Positions 40,787 to 51,408 of a DNA stretch of 64,000 bases are shown piece by piece. Source of the stretch: an uncultured Nautiliales bacterium (lineage in GTDB: Bacteria; Campylobacterota; Campylobacteria; Campylobacterales; Nautiliaceae); NCBI GenBank assembly GCA_964410645.1, contig CAYPHV010000001.1:19441-83440 (forward strand). Direction: 5' to 3'. A program made the position numbers and the translations under genes. The notes under the pieces are model-generated. The model ran no database searches, was not told the DNA's origin, and saw nothing but the letters and a program-made list of their open reading frames with translations. Each line of letters starts with the position of its first letter. The stretch's first letter is position 1.

Positions 40787-43597
40787 TTGGACAAAATAAA
40801 AATTATAGGTGCAAAAGAAAACAACCTTAAAAACATTAACCTGGAAATTCCCAAAAACAAACTTATAGTTTTTACAGGTCTTTCCGGAAGCGGAAAATCG
40901 ACACTTGCATTTGATACACTTTATGCCGAAGGCCAAAGAAGATACATCGAATCGCTAAGTTCTTATGCAAGACAGTTTTTACAACGCACCGGAAAACCTG
41001 AGGTGGATAAAATAGAAGGGCTTACGCCGGCTATCGCCATTGATCAAAAAACAACATCCAAAAATCCGCGCTCAACCGTGGGGACAATTACGGAAATTTA
41101 TGATTATTTAAGACTTCTTTACGCAAGAATCGGGATTCAATACTGCCATATTTGCGGTAAAAAAATTACCCAGATGACTCCTCAGGATATTATTAATGAA
41201 ATTTTAAAACTTCCAGCGGGCAGCAAACTTATCATTTATGCCCCTTTGATCAAAGAAAAAAAAGGAGAATTTAACGATTTACTTGAAAAGTTAAGACACG
41301 AAGGAATAATAAGGGCATATATCAACGGAACCGTTGTAAGACTTGATGAGGATATCAAACTTAAAAAAACAAAAAAACATACAATCAAAGCCGTTATAGA
41401 CAGAGTTATCGTAAAAGAAGAAAACAAATCAAGAATAGCCGAAGCTGTCGAAAAAGCACTCAACAAAAGTTTCGGGGAGGTAGAAATTGAAATTTTAAAT
41501 GCTAGTGAAATGGGTCTTAATAAAAATTTCATACATTATAGCGAACACAACGCCTGTTTTGACTGCAAAGTAAGCTTTGAAGAACTCGAACCTGTTAGTT
41601 TTTCTTTTAATTCTCCAAAAGGCGCATGTCCTAAATGCGGGGGTCTTGGAGTAACATATACACTGGATATTGAAAAAGTAATTAAAGACAAACCGCTAAA
41701 TAAAGGGGCAATTCCTCTAATTTGGGGATTTAACAAAAAATATTACCAGGAATTTTTTAAAGCGCTGTGCAATGAAACCGGCATCGATATGAACAAAAGT
41801 TTTTACGAGCTTGAAGAATATCAGAAAAAAACAATTCTTAACGGCACCGCCTATGAAATAACATTTATATACGCAAAACACAAAATTACAAAACGATGGC
41901 CGGGACTGCGCCAGATAGCGCTTGATATGTATAAAGACAATGATTTAAGCGAGATTATGAGTGAAAGCGTCTGTCCGTTATGCAAAGGTTTTAGATTAAA
42001 ACAGGAATCACTGGCGGTTAAAGTTGCAGACAAAACAATCGCCGAAATTATTTCTATGCCAATTGCCGATGCATATAAATTTTTTAATGATGCAAAAAAT
42101 TTCAAATATCTCTCAGCACAGGGAAAAATTATAGCCCGGCCTATTTTAAAAGAAATACGTGAAAGACTCTTTTTTTTGATAGATGTGGGTCTTGGATATC
42201 TTACACTTCATAGAGACGCCAGAACAATAAGCGGAGGCGAAAGTCAAAGAATCAGAATTGCCTCTCAAATCGGAAGCGGACTAACCGGCGTTATGTATGT
42301 ACTGGACGAACCAAGTATCGGACTCCATGAAAGAGATACCCTAAAACTTATTAATACACTTAAAAATTTAAGAGACAAAGGCAATACCGTAATAGTGGTA
42401 GAACATGACAGAGAAACAATATTAAATGCCGATTTTATAGTAGATATAGGACCTGGAGCCGGGAAAAAAGGCGGAAAAGTGGTGTTTAGCGGAAATGTCA
42501 AAAAATTAATGAAAAGCAATACAACAACCGCCAAATATCTCAGAAAAGAACTTGATATAAATTACAGAAAAAACAGGCCCCAGAATAAATGGATTGAAAT
42601 AAAAAATGTAAATATTCATAATATAAAAAACTTAAACGTTAAAATTCCTCTTAGAAATCTTGTATGCGTAACCGGGGTCAGCGGAAGCGGAAAAAGCTCA
42701 CTTATTTTGCAGACACTCCTGCCTGTGGCAAAAGAAATATTAAATAACGCCCGCAAAATCAATAAAGTAAAAGGTGTGGAAATAAACGGACTTGAAAATC
42801 TTGATAAAGTCATTTATCTTGATCAAAGTCCGATAGGCAGAACTCCAAGAAGTAATCCGGCAACTTATACAGGCGTTTTTGACGATATAAGGTCTCTTTT
42901 TGCATCAACCCCGCAGGCACAGCTGCACGGTTACACGCCGGGAAGATTCAGTTTTAACATAAAAGGGGGAAGATGCGAAACATGTAAAGGAGAAGGCCAG
43001 ATAAAAATAGAAATGCACTTCCTGCCTGATGTAATGGTAACATGCGAAGCATGCAACGGAAAAAGATACAACGAACAGACACTTGAAATAAAATATAAAG
43101 AAAAAACAATTTCAGATATATTGGACATGAGTGTTGACGAAGCATATGAATTTTTCAATAAAATTCCGAAAATAAAAACCAAACTCAAAACCCTAAAAGA
43201 TGTGGGGCTCGGATATATAACCCTTGGACAAAACGCCACAACCTTAAGCGGCGGAGAAGCACAGAGGATAAAACTTTCAAAAGAGCTAAGCAGGCGCGAT
43301 ACCGGAAATACTTTGTATATTTTGGACGAACCCACAACCGGACTTCATTTTAAGGATATAGACAATTTAATGAAAGTTTTACAGCACCTGGTTGATCTGG
43401 GAAACAGCATAATTGTAATTGAACATAATCTTGATTTTATAAAAAATGCCGATTATATTATAGATATGGGGCCTGAGGGCGGAGACAAAGGCGGAAAAAT
43501 AATAGCTTACGGAAATATAGAAGAAATAATTAAAAAATATAAAAACAAAAGCTATACGGCAAAATATCTGGAAAAAGAGATAAAAGGTATTAATTGA
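40787..43597 (+). CDS. uvrA: Excinuclease ABC subunit UvrA
   Basis: TTG start after AAAGGAGA. IKIIGAKENNLKNI, two ABC modules (GLSGSGKSTLAF and GVSGSGKSSL), zinc-finger Cys clusters, and LSGGE.QRI signatures. Confidence 0.97.
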   Translation: MDKIKIIGAKENNLKNINLEIPKNKLIVFTGLSGSGKSTLAFDTLYAEGQRRYIESLSSYARQFLQRTGKPEVDKIEGLTPAIAIDQKTTSKNPRSTVGTITEIYDYLRLLYARIGIQYCHICGKKITQMTPQDIINEILKLPAGSKLIIYAPLIKEKKGEFNDLLEKLRHEGIIRAYINGTVVRLDEDIKLKKTKKHTIKAVIDRVIVKEENKSRIAEAVEKALNKSFGEVEIEILNASEMGLNKNFIHYSEHNACFDCKVSFEELEPVSFSFNSPKGACPKCGGLGVTYTLDIEKVIKDKPLNKGAIPLIWGFNKKYYQEFFKALCNETGIDMNKSFYELEEYQKKTILNGTAYEITFIYAKHKITKRWPGLRQIALDMYKDNDLSEIMSESVCPLCKGFRLKQESLAVKVADKTIAEIISMPIADAYKFFNDAKNFKYLSAQGKIIARPILKEIRERLFFLIDVGLGYLTLHRDARTISGGESQRIRIASQIGSGLTGVMYVLDEPSIGLHERDTLKLINTLKNLRDKGNTVIVVEHDRETILNADFIVDIGPGAGKKGGKVVFSGNVKKLMKSNTTTAKYLRKELDINYRKNRPQNKWIEIKNVNIHNIKNLNVKIPLRNLVCVTGVSGSGKSSLILQTLLPVAKEILNNARKINKVKGVEINGLENLDKVIYLDQSPIGRTPRSNPATYTGVFDDIRSLFASTPQAQLHGYTPGRFSFNIKGGRCETCKGEGQIKIEMHFLPDVMVTCEACNGKRYNEQTLEIKYKEKTISDILDMSVDEAYEFFNKIPKIKTKLKTLKDVGLGYITLGQNATTLSGGEAQRIKLSKELSRRDTGNTLYILDEPTTGLHFKDIDNLMKVLQHLVDLGNSIIVIEHNLDFIKNADYIIDMGPEGGDKGGKIIAYGNIEEIIKKYKNKSYTAKYLEKEIKGIN

Positions 43598-45231
43598 AAT
43601 TTGACAGGGAAGAATTTACTCATTTTTTTATTATTCCAATTATTATAGGAATAATAGGAGGATTTTCGGCTTATATATTCAGATATTTAATTAAATTTTT
43701 TTCAAATATTTATAATAAAATAGATTTTTTAAACTCTAACGCAACATATATTATAACTATTCCCGTTGTATTTTATATTTCATACAAAATAATTTCAAAA
43801 ACACCTATAAATCCGTCAAATATCACTATTGACGAAATAGCTAAAAAAATACTGATACTCGGAGGAAATTTCTCTATCATTAAAGGTTTTTTAGTATTCA
43901 TACTGGCATCATTTGCAATCGGATTCGGAGTGCCTGTGGGAAGAGAGGGCCCAATTGCAAAACTCGGAGGTCTCGGAAGCGAAATATTTTTAAAAATAAT
44001 ACACACTCCAAGAATAAATCTGCCCATTTATCTAAGTGCCGGAGTGTCAAGCGCGATATCGGCAACATTTAATGCGCCGGTAGCCGGCATCATACTGGGA
44101 CTTGAAATGATAATGGGAAAAATTAATTCTTATATTTTAATACCGCTGATTGTCGCCTGTTCCACCGCTACACTTATTTCAAGAGAAATAATAGGAAATT
44201 TTGCAGCCTTTTATGTACCTCATCTGACTTATAATAACGATTATCTTTTTTATGTGCCTGTTGAGGGGATACTGTTTGGAATATTAAGCTTAATTTTTTT
44301 ATTTTCCATAAAAGAATTCAGATTTTTAAAATACAAATATCAAAAAAAATGGGCTGAAATTATTATCTTTTTGGGAATAATTGTTGGAATTTCCATATAT
44401 TTGACTCCTCAAATAAAAGGGGTGGGATATTCATATATAGAACAGCTTTTTAATAATCACTTTTCCATGTGCGACACGCTTGCCATAACACTTTCAAAAT
44501 TATTAAATGTAATTATAAGCATAGGAAGCGGACTTTTCGGCGGTGTTTTATCCCCGAGTATTTTTATAGGGGCATTCGGGGGAGATTTTTTTGGACATCT
44601 TATTCCCCAGCTTGACCCGAGAGTTTTTGCTTTGACAGGAACTGCCGCAATGCTTAGCGGAGTTACCAAGGCACCCCTTAGAAGCTCTGTCATTATTGTA
44701 GAACTCACACATTCATATCAGCTAATTTTACCCATTTTGATAGCTTCATCCGTTACTAACTATATTGTATCTTTATTCGAACCCGGATTTTATTTCAAAA
44801 GAGCCCTGCTTCAAAAAGGCATAGATATAGATAACAAAAAAATTACAGAGTGCTTTACATCTGAAATTTTACAAAAACATATTATTAAAACACCTGTTTT
44901 AATACCTGAGATGAGTTTAAAAACAGCTGTAAAATATCTTAAAAAAAGTAAAGTTTCCTATTTACCCGTAATAGAAAATAATAAATTAATCGGAATTGTT
45001 TCCTTAAGAGATATCAGAAAAAAATTTTTCATTAAAAAAAGATTGAAAGTTAAAAATATAATGAGTAAAAATCCTTTTTTTCTAAAATATGATTCATCCC
45101 AAAAAGAAATTTTCAAGGCAATATCTATTCTTAACGTAGCTTATATTCCATATCTGGATAAAAACAACAATTATTCGGGTATGATTAGTTTAGGCAAACT
45201 TTTAAAAGATATTTCAATTCATATAAAATAG
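43594..45231 (+). CDS. ClC-family chloride channel / H+-Cl- antiporter with a C-terminal CBS pair
   Basis: TTG start overlapping the uvrA stop (TTGA). GVPVGREGP selectivity motif and GIILGLEM. No clear GxFxP motif was recognised. The C-terminus has two CBS-like repeats (LPVIENNKLIGIVSLRDI). Confidence 0.85.
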   Translation: MKFDREEFTHFFIIPIIIGIIGGFSAYIFRYLIKFFSNIYNKIDFLNSNATYIITIPVVFYISYKIISKTPINPSNITIDEIAKKILILGGNFSIIKGFLVFILASFAIGFGVPVGREGPIAKLGGLGSEIFLKIIHTPRINLPIYLSAGVSSAISATFNAPVAGIILGLEMIMGKINSYILIPLIVACSTATLISREIIGNFAAFYVPHLTYNNDYLFYVPVEGILFGILSLIFLFSIKEFRFLKYKYQKKWAEIIIFLGIIVGISIYLTPQIKGVGYSYIEQLFNNHFSMCDTLAITLSKLLNVIISIGSGLFGGVLSPSIFIGAFGGDFFGHLIPQLDPRVFALTGTAAMLSGVTKAPLRSSVIIVELTHSYQLILPILIASSVTNYIVSLFEPGFYFKRALLQKGIDIDNKKITECFTSEILQKHIIKTPVLIPEMSLKTAVKYLKKSKVSYLPVIENNKLIGIVSLRDIRKKFFIKKRLKVKNIMSKNPFFLKYDSSQKEIFKAISILNVAYIPYLDKNNNYSGMISLGKLLKDISIHIK

Positions 45232-45253
45232 TTATAAATTTTACTTATAGCTA

Positions 45254-45282
45254 TTGATAAAAAAATGATTTTAGTTTATAAT
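45254..45282 (+). promoter_or_regulatory. Consensus sigma70-type promoter of the tetR-RND operon
   Basis: TTGATA (45254-45259), a 17-nt spacer, then TATAAT (45277-45282). Confidence 0.6.
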
Positions 45283-45286
45283 TTTA

Positions 45287-45302
45287 CTTACTATACAGTA
45301 AG
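45287..45302 (+). promoter_or_regulatory. Operator-like palindrome CTTACT-atac-AGTAAG
   Basis: Perfect 6-bp arms starting 5 nt after the -10 and ending 7 nt before ATG 45310. The core is CTTAC-N6-GTAAG. The same module recurs at 51402-51427. Confidence 0.55.
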
Positions 45303-45309
45303 GAACAAA

Positions 45310-45906
45310 ATGAGCAAAAAAGAAGAAATATTAAAAATTGCAAGTCAAAATTTTGCCAAATACGGATACAGGGGTGTTGTATTGGAAAATATCGCAAAAA
45401 AGGCCAATATTACAAAAGCTGCTATTTATTATCATTTTAAAAATAAAATGGAATTATATGAACAGGTTTTAAAAAGAAGAATAGGAGAACTGTTAAATAA
45501 TCTTGAAAAAAGCACTCTTAGCGACCCTAAAAAAAATTTAGAAAATTATATTAGTATCATTACTCAGACTTTTACCAAATACCCATGTTTTGCAGCAATT
45601 TTATCACATGAATTTGTTGATGGCGGAATAAATTTGAACGAAAATTTAATAAAAGAATTATCAAAAATTTTTAAAAAATTATTTATTATTTTAAACCAGG
45701 GAGTCAAAAATGATATATTTGAAATAGACAATCCTTTTACCATTCAATTAATGATAATAAGTTCACTGCTTTGCAATCAGGCAACAAAAGAACTTAGAAA
45801 AAAAATTTCCAAATATATAGAAATACCTGTAAATCCGGATATAAAAAATATTTCCAGTTCACTTACAGACAAAATTCTAAAAGCAATTTCAAAGGAAAAC
45901 AAATGA
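45310..45906 (+). CDS. TetR/AcrR-family transcriptional regulator
   Basis: N-terminal HTH ILKIASQNFAKYGYRGVVLENIAKKANITKAAIYYHFKNK. I place the start at MSKKEE (ATG 45310) after AAGGAAC; the track ORF's upstream 15 codons cover the promoter. Confidence 0.9.
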   Translation: MSKKEEILKIASQNFAKYGYRGVVLENIAKKANITKAAIYYHFKNKMELYEQVLKRRIGELLNNLEKSTLSDPKKNLENYISIITQTFTKYPCFAAILSHEFVDGGINLNENLIKELSKIFKKLFIILNQGVKNDIFEIDNPFTIQLMIISSLLCNQATKELRKKISKYIEIPVNPDIKNISSSLTDKILKAISKENK

Positions 45907-47168
45907 AAAAAGCCTTAATTTTATCCATTGCCCTGATTTTAAACGCCGGGGAAATTACCAATCTATTTGAAGCTATTAAAAAAACACCGGATACTAAAAT
46001 AGACAAGGTTATGATACAAAAAACACAATCCATAAAAAATGAAGTTACCGGAAGTTTATTTCCAAAAATTAATCTTTTTGCAAGTGTGGAGCATTTCTCA
46101 TCTCCAACTAATATAAAACCTCTACCTCCTACAAAATCTAAAGAAATAGGTATGCAAAATGGAGGATACTGGTTTTCTCAGAATATTCAAAAAATCGGTT
46201 TTTCGGCATCCATGCCTGTTTTTATAAAAAGTATTTACGATAATAAGAAAAAAATATCATACTTAATAACAGCAACAAAATATCAGGCAAAACTAAATTT
46301 ATTAAAAAGAGAAGCCCTACTCGTAACACTCGCCAGTAAATTAAATTATCTTTATGCACTAAAAAACGCTCTAATTCAAAAGAGAGATTCAATCAAAACA
46401 ACATTTAACGCAATAAAAGTAGGTGTAAAAATAGGACGAATACCGGCTTTCAAAGCGTTAAGGCTAAAAGACGCTTTAAACCAGATTAAAATAAATATTA
46501 CAGATATAAATGCAAATATAGATAATGTAAAATCTCAAATTTATAAATTAACCCAAATACAAATCAATAACAAAATTCCTTTACAAACAGTTTCAGATAT
46601 AAATAAAAACACATTTTTAGCGCTTAAACCCATGCAAAAAAGGCAACAGGCAGATATATATGATACAAAATCAAAAAAAGACGCATATATTCCTAAAATT
46701 TTATTAAAAGCACAGGGTTACAGAGCTTTTGCAAACGCCTACAACAACAACGAGCATCTGGCTTTAAATTTTGCAAGTATAGGAATATATTTAAACTGGA
46801 GTGTTTTCGACAAAAGCAATAACGCCGAAATAGAAAAATCAAAAATAGAAAATCTAAAAGATAATTTGCTTATACAAAAAACTATAAAAGATTTAAACGC
46901 CGAAGTTATGCAAATAAATTCCACTTTAAAAGAGACCAAAAAAGCAATAGTTTTAACGCAAAATTCCATAGGAATAAAAGAAGAATTGTTAAAAGGCGCC
47001 AAAGAAGCTTTTAAGCTAAATACTTTAACCGTGGACGAATATTTGGAATATGAAGACGATTTGGCAAATGCAAAAGCAAAACTTGCCGATTTAATCGCAC
47101 AAAAAAATTCACTGACAGCCAATCTTGCATTTATTTACGGAAATAACTTAGAAAGGATTTTTAAATGA
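45903..47168 (+). CDS. TolC-family outer membrane efflux protein
   Basis: Signal peptide and two OEP-type repeats with long coiled helices. It is the first gene of an OMP-MFP-RND set (CmeDEF-like order). ATGA overlap with tetR. Confidence 0.8.
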   Translation: MKKALILSIALILNAGEITNLFEAIKKTPDTKIDKVMIQKTQSIKNEVTGSLFPKINLFASVEHFSSPTNIKPLPPTKSKEIGMQNGGYWFSQNIQKIGFSASMPVFIKSIYDNKKKISYLITATKYQAKLNLLKREALLVTLASKLNYLYALKNALIQKRDSIKTTFNAIKVGVKIGRIPAFKALRLKDALNQIKINITDINANIDNVKSQIYKLTQIQINNKIPLQTVSDINKNTFLALKPMQKRQQADIYDTKSKKDAYIPKILLKAQGYRAFANAYNNNEHLALNFASIGIYLNWSVFDKSNNAEIEKSKIENLKDNLLIQKTIKDLNAEVMQINSTLKETKKAIVLTQNSIGIKEELLKGAKEAFKLNTLTVDEYLEYEDDLANAKAKLADLIAQKNSLTANLAFIYGNNLERIFK

Positions 47169-48241
47169 ATATTAAAAAATTAATCTCTTGGAGCATTGCA
47201 ATATTAATTATCATTTTACTGGTCATAGGAGCTGTAAAAATAGTCAAAAAAAGAAAAGCCGAAGATGCACATACAAAAACCGCAGTGATATATCCGATTA
47301 ATATCCCGGCCGCTTTACCAAAAAGTGGACATATTAAAACAACTTTGAAATATCTTGCCATCGTAAAAAACTCGCAGGAAACAACAATAAATTCAAAATT
47401 TGCCGGAAAAATAAACTGTATCGTTCCAATTGGAAGTTTTATAAAAAAAGGGACAATAGTCGTCAAAATAGACAATACACCCCTAAAAAGCAAATTAAAA
47501 GAAATAAATTCAAATATTTCTGCAGTTAAAAATGGCATCAATGCTGATATTATCAATTTACAGACATTAAAAGACACTCACAACAGAACAAAAAAACTTT
47601 TAAAAGTAAAAATGGCATCAATAGAACAGTTTAATCTTGAAAAATCAAAAATAGCCGATTTAGATGCAAAATTAAAAGCCGACAGAGAAAAATTAAATTC
47701 TCTTTTTGCAACAAAAAAAGAAATTAAAAACGATTTAACCTATGCGGATATAAAATCACCGATTAACGGAATTGTCAGTGCCAAATTTTTAAATAAAGGG
47801 GATAATGCGTTTCCCGGAAAACCTATTTTAAAAATAGCACCGGAAAAAGGCAATTATCTGTTTATACCGCTTACTAAAAGATATAAAGAAATAATCTATA
47901 AAAACAAAATATACAAATTAATTTCTTTACATTCAACATTTAACGGTATTCCGGCTTACAAAGCAAATATTGATAATCCAAATTTGGCAACAGGCGAAAA
48001 AGTAAATATTGCCGTTGTAACTTTTGACGGAAACGCAACGCTTATACCGTTTAATTCTATTTTGAGTATAAACGGAAAAAATTACGTATTTAACACAAAA
48101 GGAAATCCTATCAAAATAGATATTCTGGCAACAGGCCAGGAAGGAGCTGTAGTTAAACAGGCCTTACCAAAAATTTTAATAGCAAATCCTGATATTTTAT
48201 TAAAAATAAAAGCAGGTTATCCTGTAAAAGTTGAAAAATGA
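47165..48241 (+). CDS. RND efflux periplasmic adaptor (membrane fusion protein)
   Basis: N-terminal TM anchor, lipoyl/hairpin coiled coil (AVKNGINADI...LKADREKL), and DIKSPINGIVS. Confidence 0.85.
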   Translation: MNIKKLISWSIAILIIILLVIGAVKIVKKRKAEDAHTKTAVIYPINIPAALPKSGHIKTTLKYLAIVKNSQETTINSKFAGKINCIVPIGSFIKKGTIVVKIDNTPLKSKLKEINSNISAVKNGINADIINLQTLKDTHNRTKKLLKVKMASIEQFNLEKSKIADLDAKLKADREKLNSLFATKKEIKNDLTYADIKSPINGIVSAKFLNKGDNAFPGKPILKIAPEKGNYLFIPLTKRYKEIIYKNKIYKLISLHSTFNGIPAYKANIDNPNLATGEKVNIAVVTFDGNATLIPFNSILSINGKNYVFNTKGNPIKIDILATGQEGAVVKQALPKILIANPDILLKIKAGYPVKVEK

Positions 48242-48268
48242 AAAATGAAAACATAAAAAGGATAAGTA

Positions 48269-51200
48269 ATGTTTGAATATTTTTATAAAAGAACACATTT
48301 TCTGTTTGCTATTATACTGGCAATGTTTGTGTTCGGTGTTTTGGGACTCATTAAAATGCCTAAAAATCTTTTTCCAGACGCAAACAGACCTGAAATTGTA
48401 ATATTTACAACTATTCCCGGAGCCAGTGCGGATATTGTATCAAATACAGTTTCCAAACCTATTGAAAAAGAAATGGGAACCCTTAGCAATATATATGAAA
48501 TAAAATCTACAAACGTTCCCAACTTTTCAATTGTCCATGTGGTATTTAAATACACAAAATCCCTCCAAGGCGCAGCTGTTGATGTAAGCAACGCTTTGAA
48601 CAGAATCAGAGATAAATTACCCTTAGGCACTGTTCCCGCAATATATATGGTAGGTGATTTTACCCTTCCTGTCGATGTATTTGCCTTGTCTCCTAAAAAC
48701 AATAAAATTACTTTGCCTGAAATCAAAAAAATAGCAAGCAGTTTTATTGAGCCAAAGTTATTATCCAATCCTCAAATTGGAAATGTGGAAATATTCGGAG
48801 GATATAATAGCGCCATTATGATAAAGGTTAGTCCGAATACATTAAAAAAGTATAATCTGTCATTATCAAATATTATAGGCGCAATCAGAACTATTGTTAA
48901 AAACACCCCTATAGGATTCATAAAAAATAAAAATAATTTTTATACATTAAGCTATTACGGAGAGAAAAAAAGCATAGAAAAACTAAAAAATATCTTTGTT
49001 GCGCCCAATATCCGTTTAGGAGATATTGCAAGCGTAAAATGGTCCTATAAAACAAATAATACGGCATATATTGGAAACAATCAAAAAGCAATTGCCATTT
49101 CAGTATTAAGAGCGCCTTCAGGAAGTGTTATAAACACAAGCAATGCCGCCAGAAAAATTATGAAAGAAATAGCAAAAAAATATCCAAATATAAAAATTCA
49201 GGTCTCTAACACACAAAGAAATTTGATTGAAACATCAAATTCAAATATGCTTGATGCTTTGCGTGATGCAATTATCTATACGCTGCTTGTTATTTTACTT
49301 TTCCTTGGCAACTTCAGAGCTTTAATTGCAGCCGGTTTTTCCATTCCAATGGTATTTTTCGGAACAATTGCTTTTCTTTATCTGACAGGTCAGGGACTAA
49401 ATATTGTTATTTATACAGCTATTATTTTAGCCCTTGGTATGCTTACAGACGACGCGGTTGTTGTACTTGAAAATATTGAAAGACACTTGAATCAGGGTGA
49501 AGAGATGAAAAGTGCCATTTATATTGGGACAAAAGAAGTTTTAAAGCCTATATTTGCCGGAACAATTTCCACAATAGCCATTCTTTTTCCGTTAATGTTT
49601 GCAGGAGGTTTTCCACAAAAAATTTTTAGACCTTTAATCGAAACCGTAATTGTAGCGCTTCTTATCTCATATTTTTTGTCTATTACATTTATTCCGAAAC
49701 TGGCGGTTTTAATGTATAAAAACGGAAGCGAAAAAACAAAAATTGAAAAATTCTTTGAAAAAATGTATCAAAACACATTTGGAAAATTAATTATTCCTTA
49801 TCTTGGGATAATAAAATTTTCAAACGGAAAATTTTGGTTTTTGAGAAGATTTTTAATAATATTCACCGCTGTTTTTATGCTGATACTGACATTAAAAAAT
49901 GTAATGCCTACAATCGGAAAAGATACAATGCCCCCTATGGATACAGGAATTGTGAAAGTTCAGATGGAATTTTCTTCCAATACAAATGCAAATGAATCAA
50001 TAAAAAGATTAAAACCTTTTATTGTATGGCTTAAAAAACAGCCGTGGCTTGTAAAGGATTCAATAGCAATAGGAACAGAAAAAGGCGTCTTGTCCATAGG
50101 CGGAGGAGGAAGCGGAAACAGTATTGGAATGACTATCATAGCAGTAGACAGATTCCACCGTAAAAAAAATTTATGGCAGCTTGAAAATGAAATCAGAAAT
50201 CATTTAGCCAAACTTCAAAGCGTTAAAAAACTGGCGGTTTTTGATTTTGGAGCAACACCGCTTTCAACAATCAGTGCGCCTCTTGATATTCAGTTTAGAA
50301 GCGATAATTTTGAAAATTTACCTAAATTAGCCCAAAAAGCAGAAAAATTATTATATAAAGTAAAAGGCTTGACAAGTGTACAAACAAGCTGGGATAAAGA
50401 TTTTATGGAAGCCAGAATTATTATCGATAACAACAAAGCGTTAAGTTATGGGATAACGCCGCTTGGAATTCTTTCTCAAATTGCGCTTAAAGACCAGCCG
50501 GCCAGTGTAATTGCAAGTATCGCTTCCATGGATCCTCAGATTATCAGAATCAGATTTAATAAAAATTACGATAAAAATTTTGAAAATCTGAAATTATTGT
50601 TAATAAACACCCCAAAAGGTGTAGTTCCACTAAACGAATTAGCCAAAATAAAAACAGGCTTTACCTATAATAAAATAGACAGATATGGTTTACAATATGC
50701 TATTGACGCAGAAGGCTATCGTGCAAAAAGGCCTGTAAATAAAATTACCGCAGATGCAAATCAAATTTTGCATAAAAACGGCATAACACACTATTATCAA
50801 ACAGGAAGTATAGAAGAAATGAATGATTCTTTTAAAAGGTTGATCAAAGCAATTTCGATAGGTATTATTGTTTTAATCTTAACTTTAATGGTTGCATACC
50901 GTTCTCTTAGACTGTCACTTATCATGATTGTAGTCTTGCCTCTTTCAATGATAGGCGCGGCATGGGGTATGATTTTAGCCCACAAACCTTCCTGTATGCC
51001 AAGTATGGTAGGACTGCTGCTGCTATTTGGTATCATTATTAAAAATGCCGTATTGCTTATAGATTTTTATAAAGATTATAAACAAAAAGGCAACAGACCG
51101 TTTGAATCCGCCCTCCAGGCAATACGCGTCAGATTCAGACCTGTATTTATGACCGCATTCGGTACAATTGCAGGTATGATTCCTATAGCCTTGGAACAAG

Positions 51201-51367
51201 CCGTCGGACTTGAAAGACTTTCACCTTTGTCTGATGTAGCTATCGGCGGACTTTTAATAGGAACTATTCTAACGCTTATTTATGTTCCAATGATGGCATA
51301 TGCCACTGATCCAGACAATAAAAAAACAAATCCTGTTAAAAAAATAGAAGAAGAATTACAAAAATAA
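48269..51367 (+). CDS. RND efflux permease, AcrB/HAE-like
   Basis: 1032 aa with 12-TM, two-large-loop architecture. TM4 reads GMLTDDAVVVLENIERH, the HAE-type DDA.VV.EN motif rather than the HME DFG..VDG motif. Confidence 0.92.
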   Translation: MFEYFYKRTHFLFAIILAMFVFGVLGLIKMPKNLFPDANRPEIVIFTTIPGASADIVSNTVSKPIEKEMGTLSNIYEIKSTNVPNFSIVHVVFKYTKSLQGAAVDVSNALNRIRDKLPLGTVPAIYMVGDFTLPVDVFALSPKNNKITLPEIKKIASSFIEPKLLSNPQIGNVEIFGGYNSAIMIKVSPNTLKKYNLSLSNIIGAIRTIVKNTPIGFIKNKNNFYTLSYYGEKKSIEKLKNIFVAPNIRLGDIASVKWSYKTNNTAYIGNNQKAIAISVLRAPSGSVINTSNAARKIMKEIAKKYPNIKIQVSNTQRNLIETSNSNMLDALRDAIIYTLLVILLFLGNFRALIAAGFSIPMVFFGTIAFLYLTGQGLNIVIYTAIILALGMLTDDAVVVLENIERHLNQGEEMKSAIYIGTKEVLKPIFAGTISTIAILFPLMFAGGFPQKIFRPLIETVIVALLISYFLSITFIPKLAVLMYKNGSEKTKIEKFFEKMYQNTFGKLIIPYLGIIKFSNGKFWFLRRFLIIFTAVFMLILTLKNVMPTIGKDTMPPMDTGIVKVQMEFSSNTNANESIKRLKPFIVWLKKQPWLVKDSIAIGTEKGVLSIGGGGSGNSIGMTIIAVDRFHRKKNLWQLENEIRNHLAKLQSVKKLAVFDFGATPLSTISAPLDIQFRSDNFENLPKLAQKAEKLLYKVKGLTSVQTSWDKDFMEARIIIDNNKALSYGITPLGILSQIALKDQPASVIASIASMDPQIIRIRFNKNYDKNFENLKLLLINTPKGVVPLNELAKIKTGFTYNKIDRYGLQYAIDAEGYRAKRPVNKITADANQILHKNGITHYYQTGSIEEMNDSFKRLIKAISIGIIVLILTLMVAYRSLRLSLIMIVVLPLSMIGAAWGMILAHKPSCMPSMVGLLLLFGIIIKNAVLLIDFYKDYKQKGNRPFESALQAIRVRFRPVFMTAFGTIAGMIPIALEQAVGLERLSPLSDVAIGGLLIGTILTLIYVPMMAYATDPDNKKTNPVKKIEEELQK

Positions 51368-51378
51368 TTTTTTTTCTA

Positions 51379-51407
51379 TTGACTTTTGAAAAAAGAAAGC
51401 ATATAAT
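51379..51407 (+). promoter_or_regulatory. Consensus sigma70-type promoter of the rhodanese-TSUP-chrA operon
   Basis: TTGACT (51379-51384), a 17-nt spacer, then TATAAT (51402-51407). Confidence 0.6.
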
Positions 51408-51408
51408 T

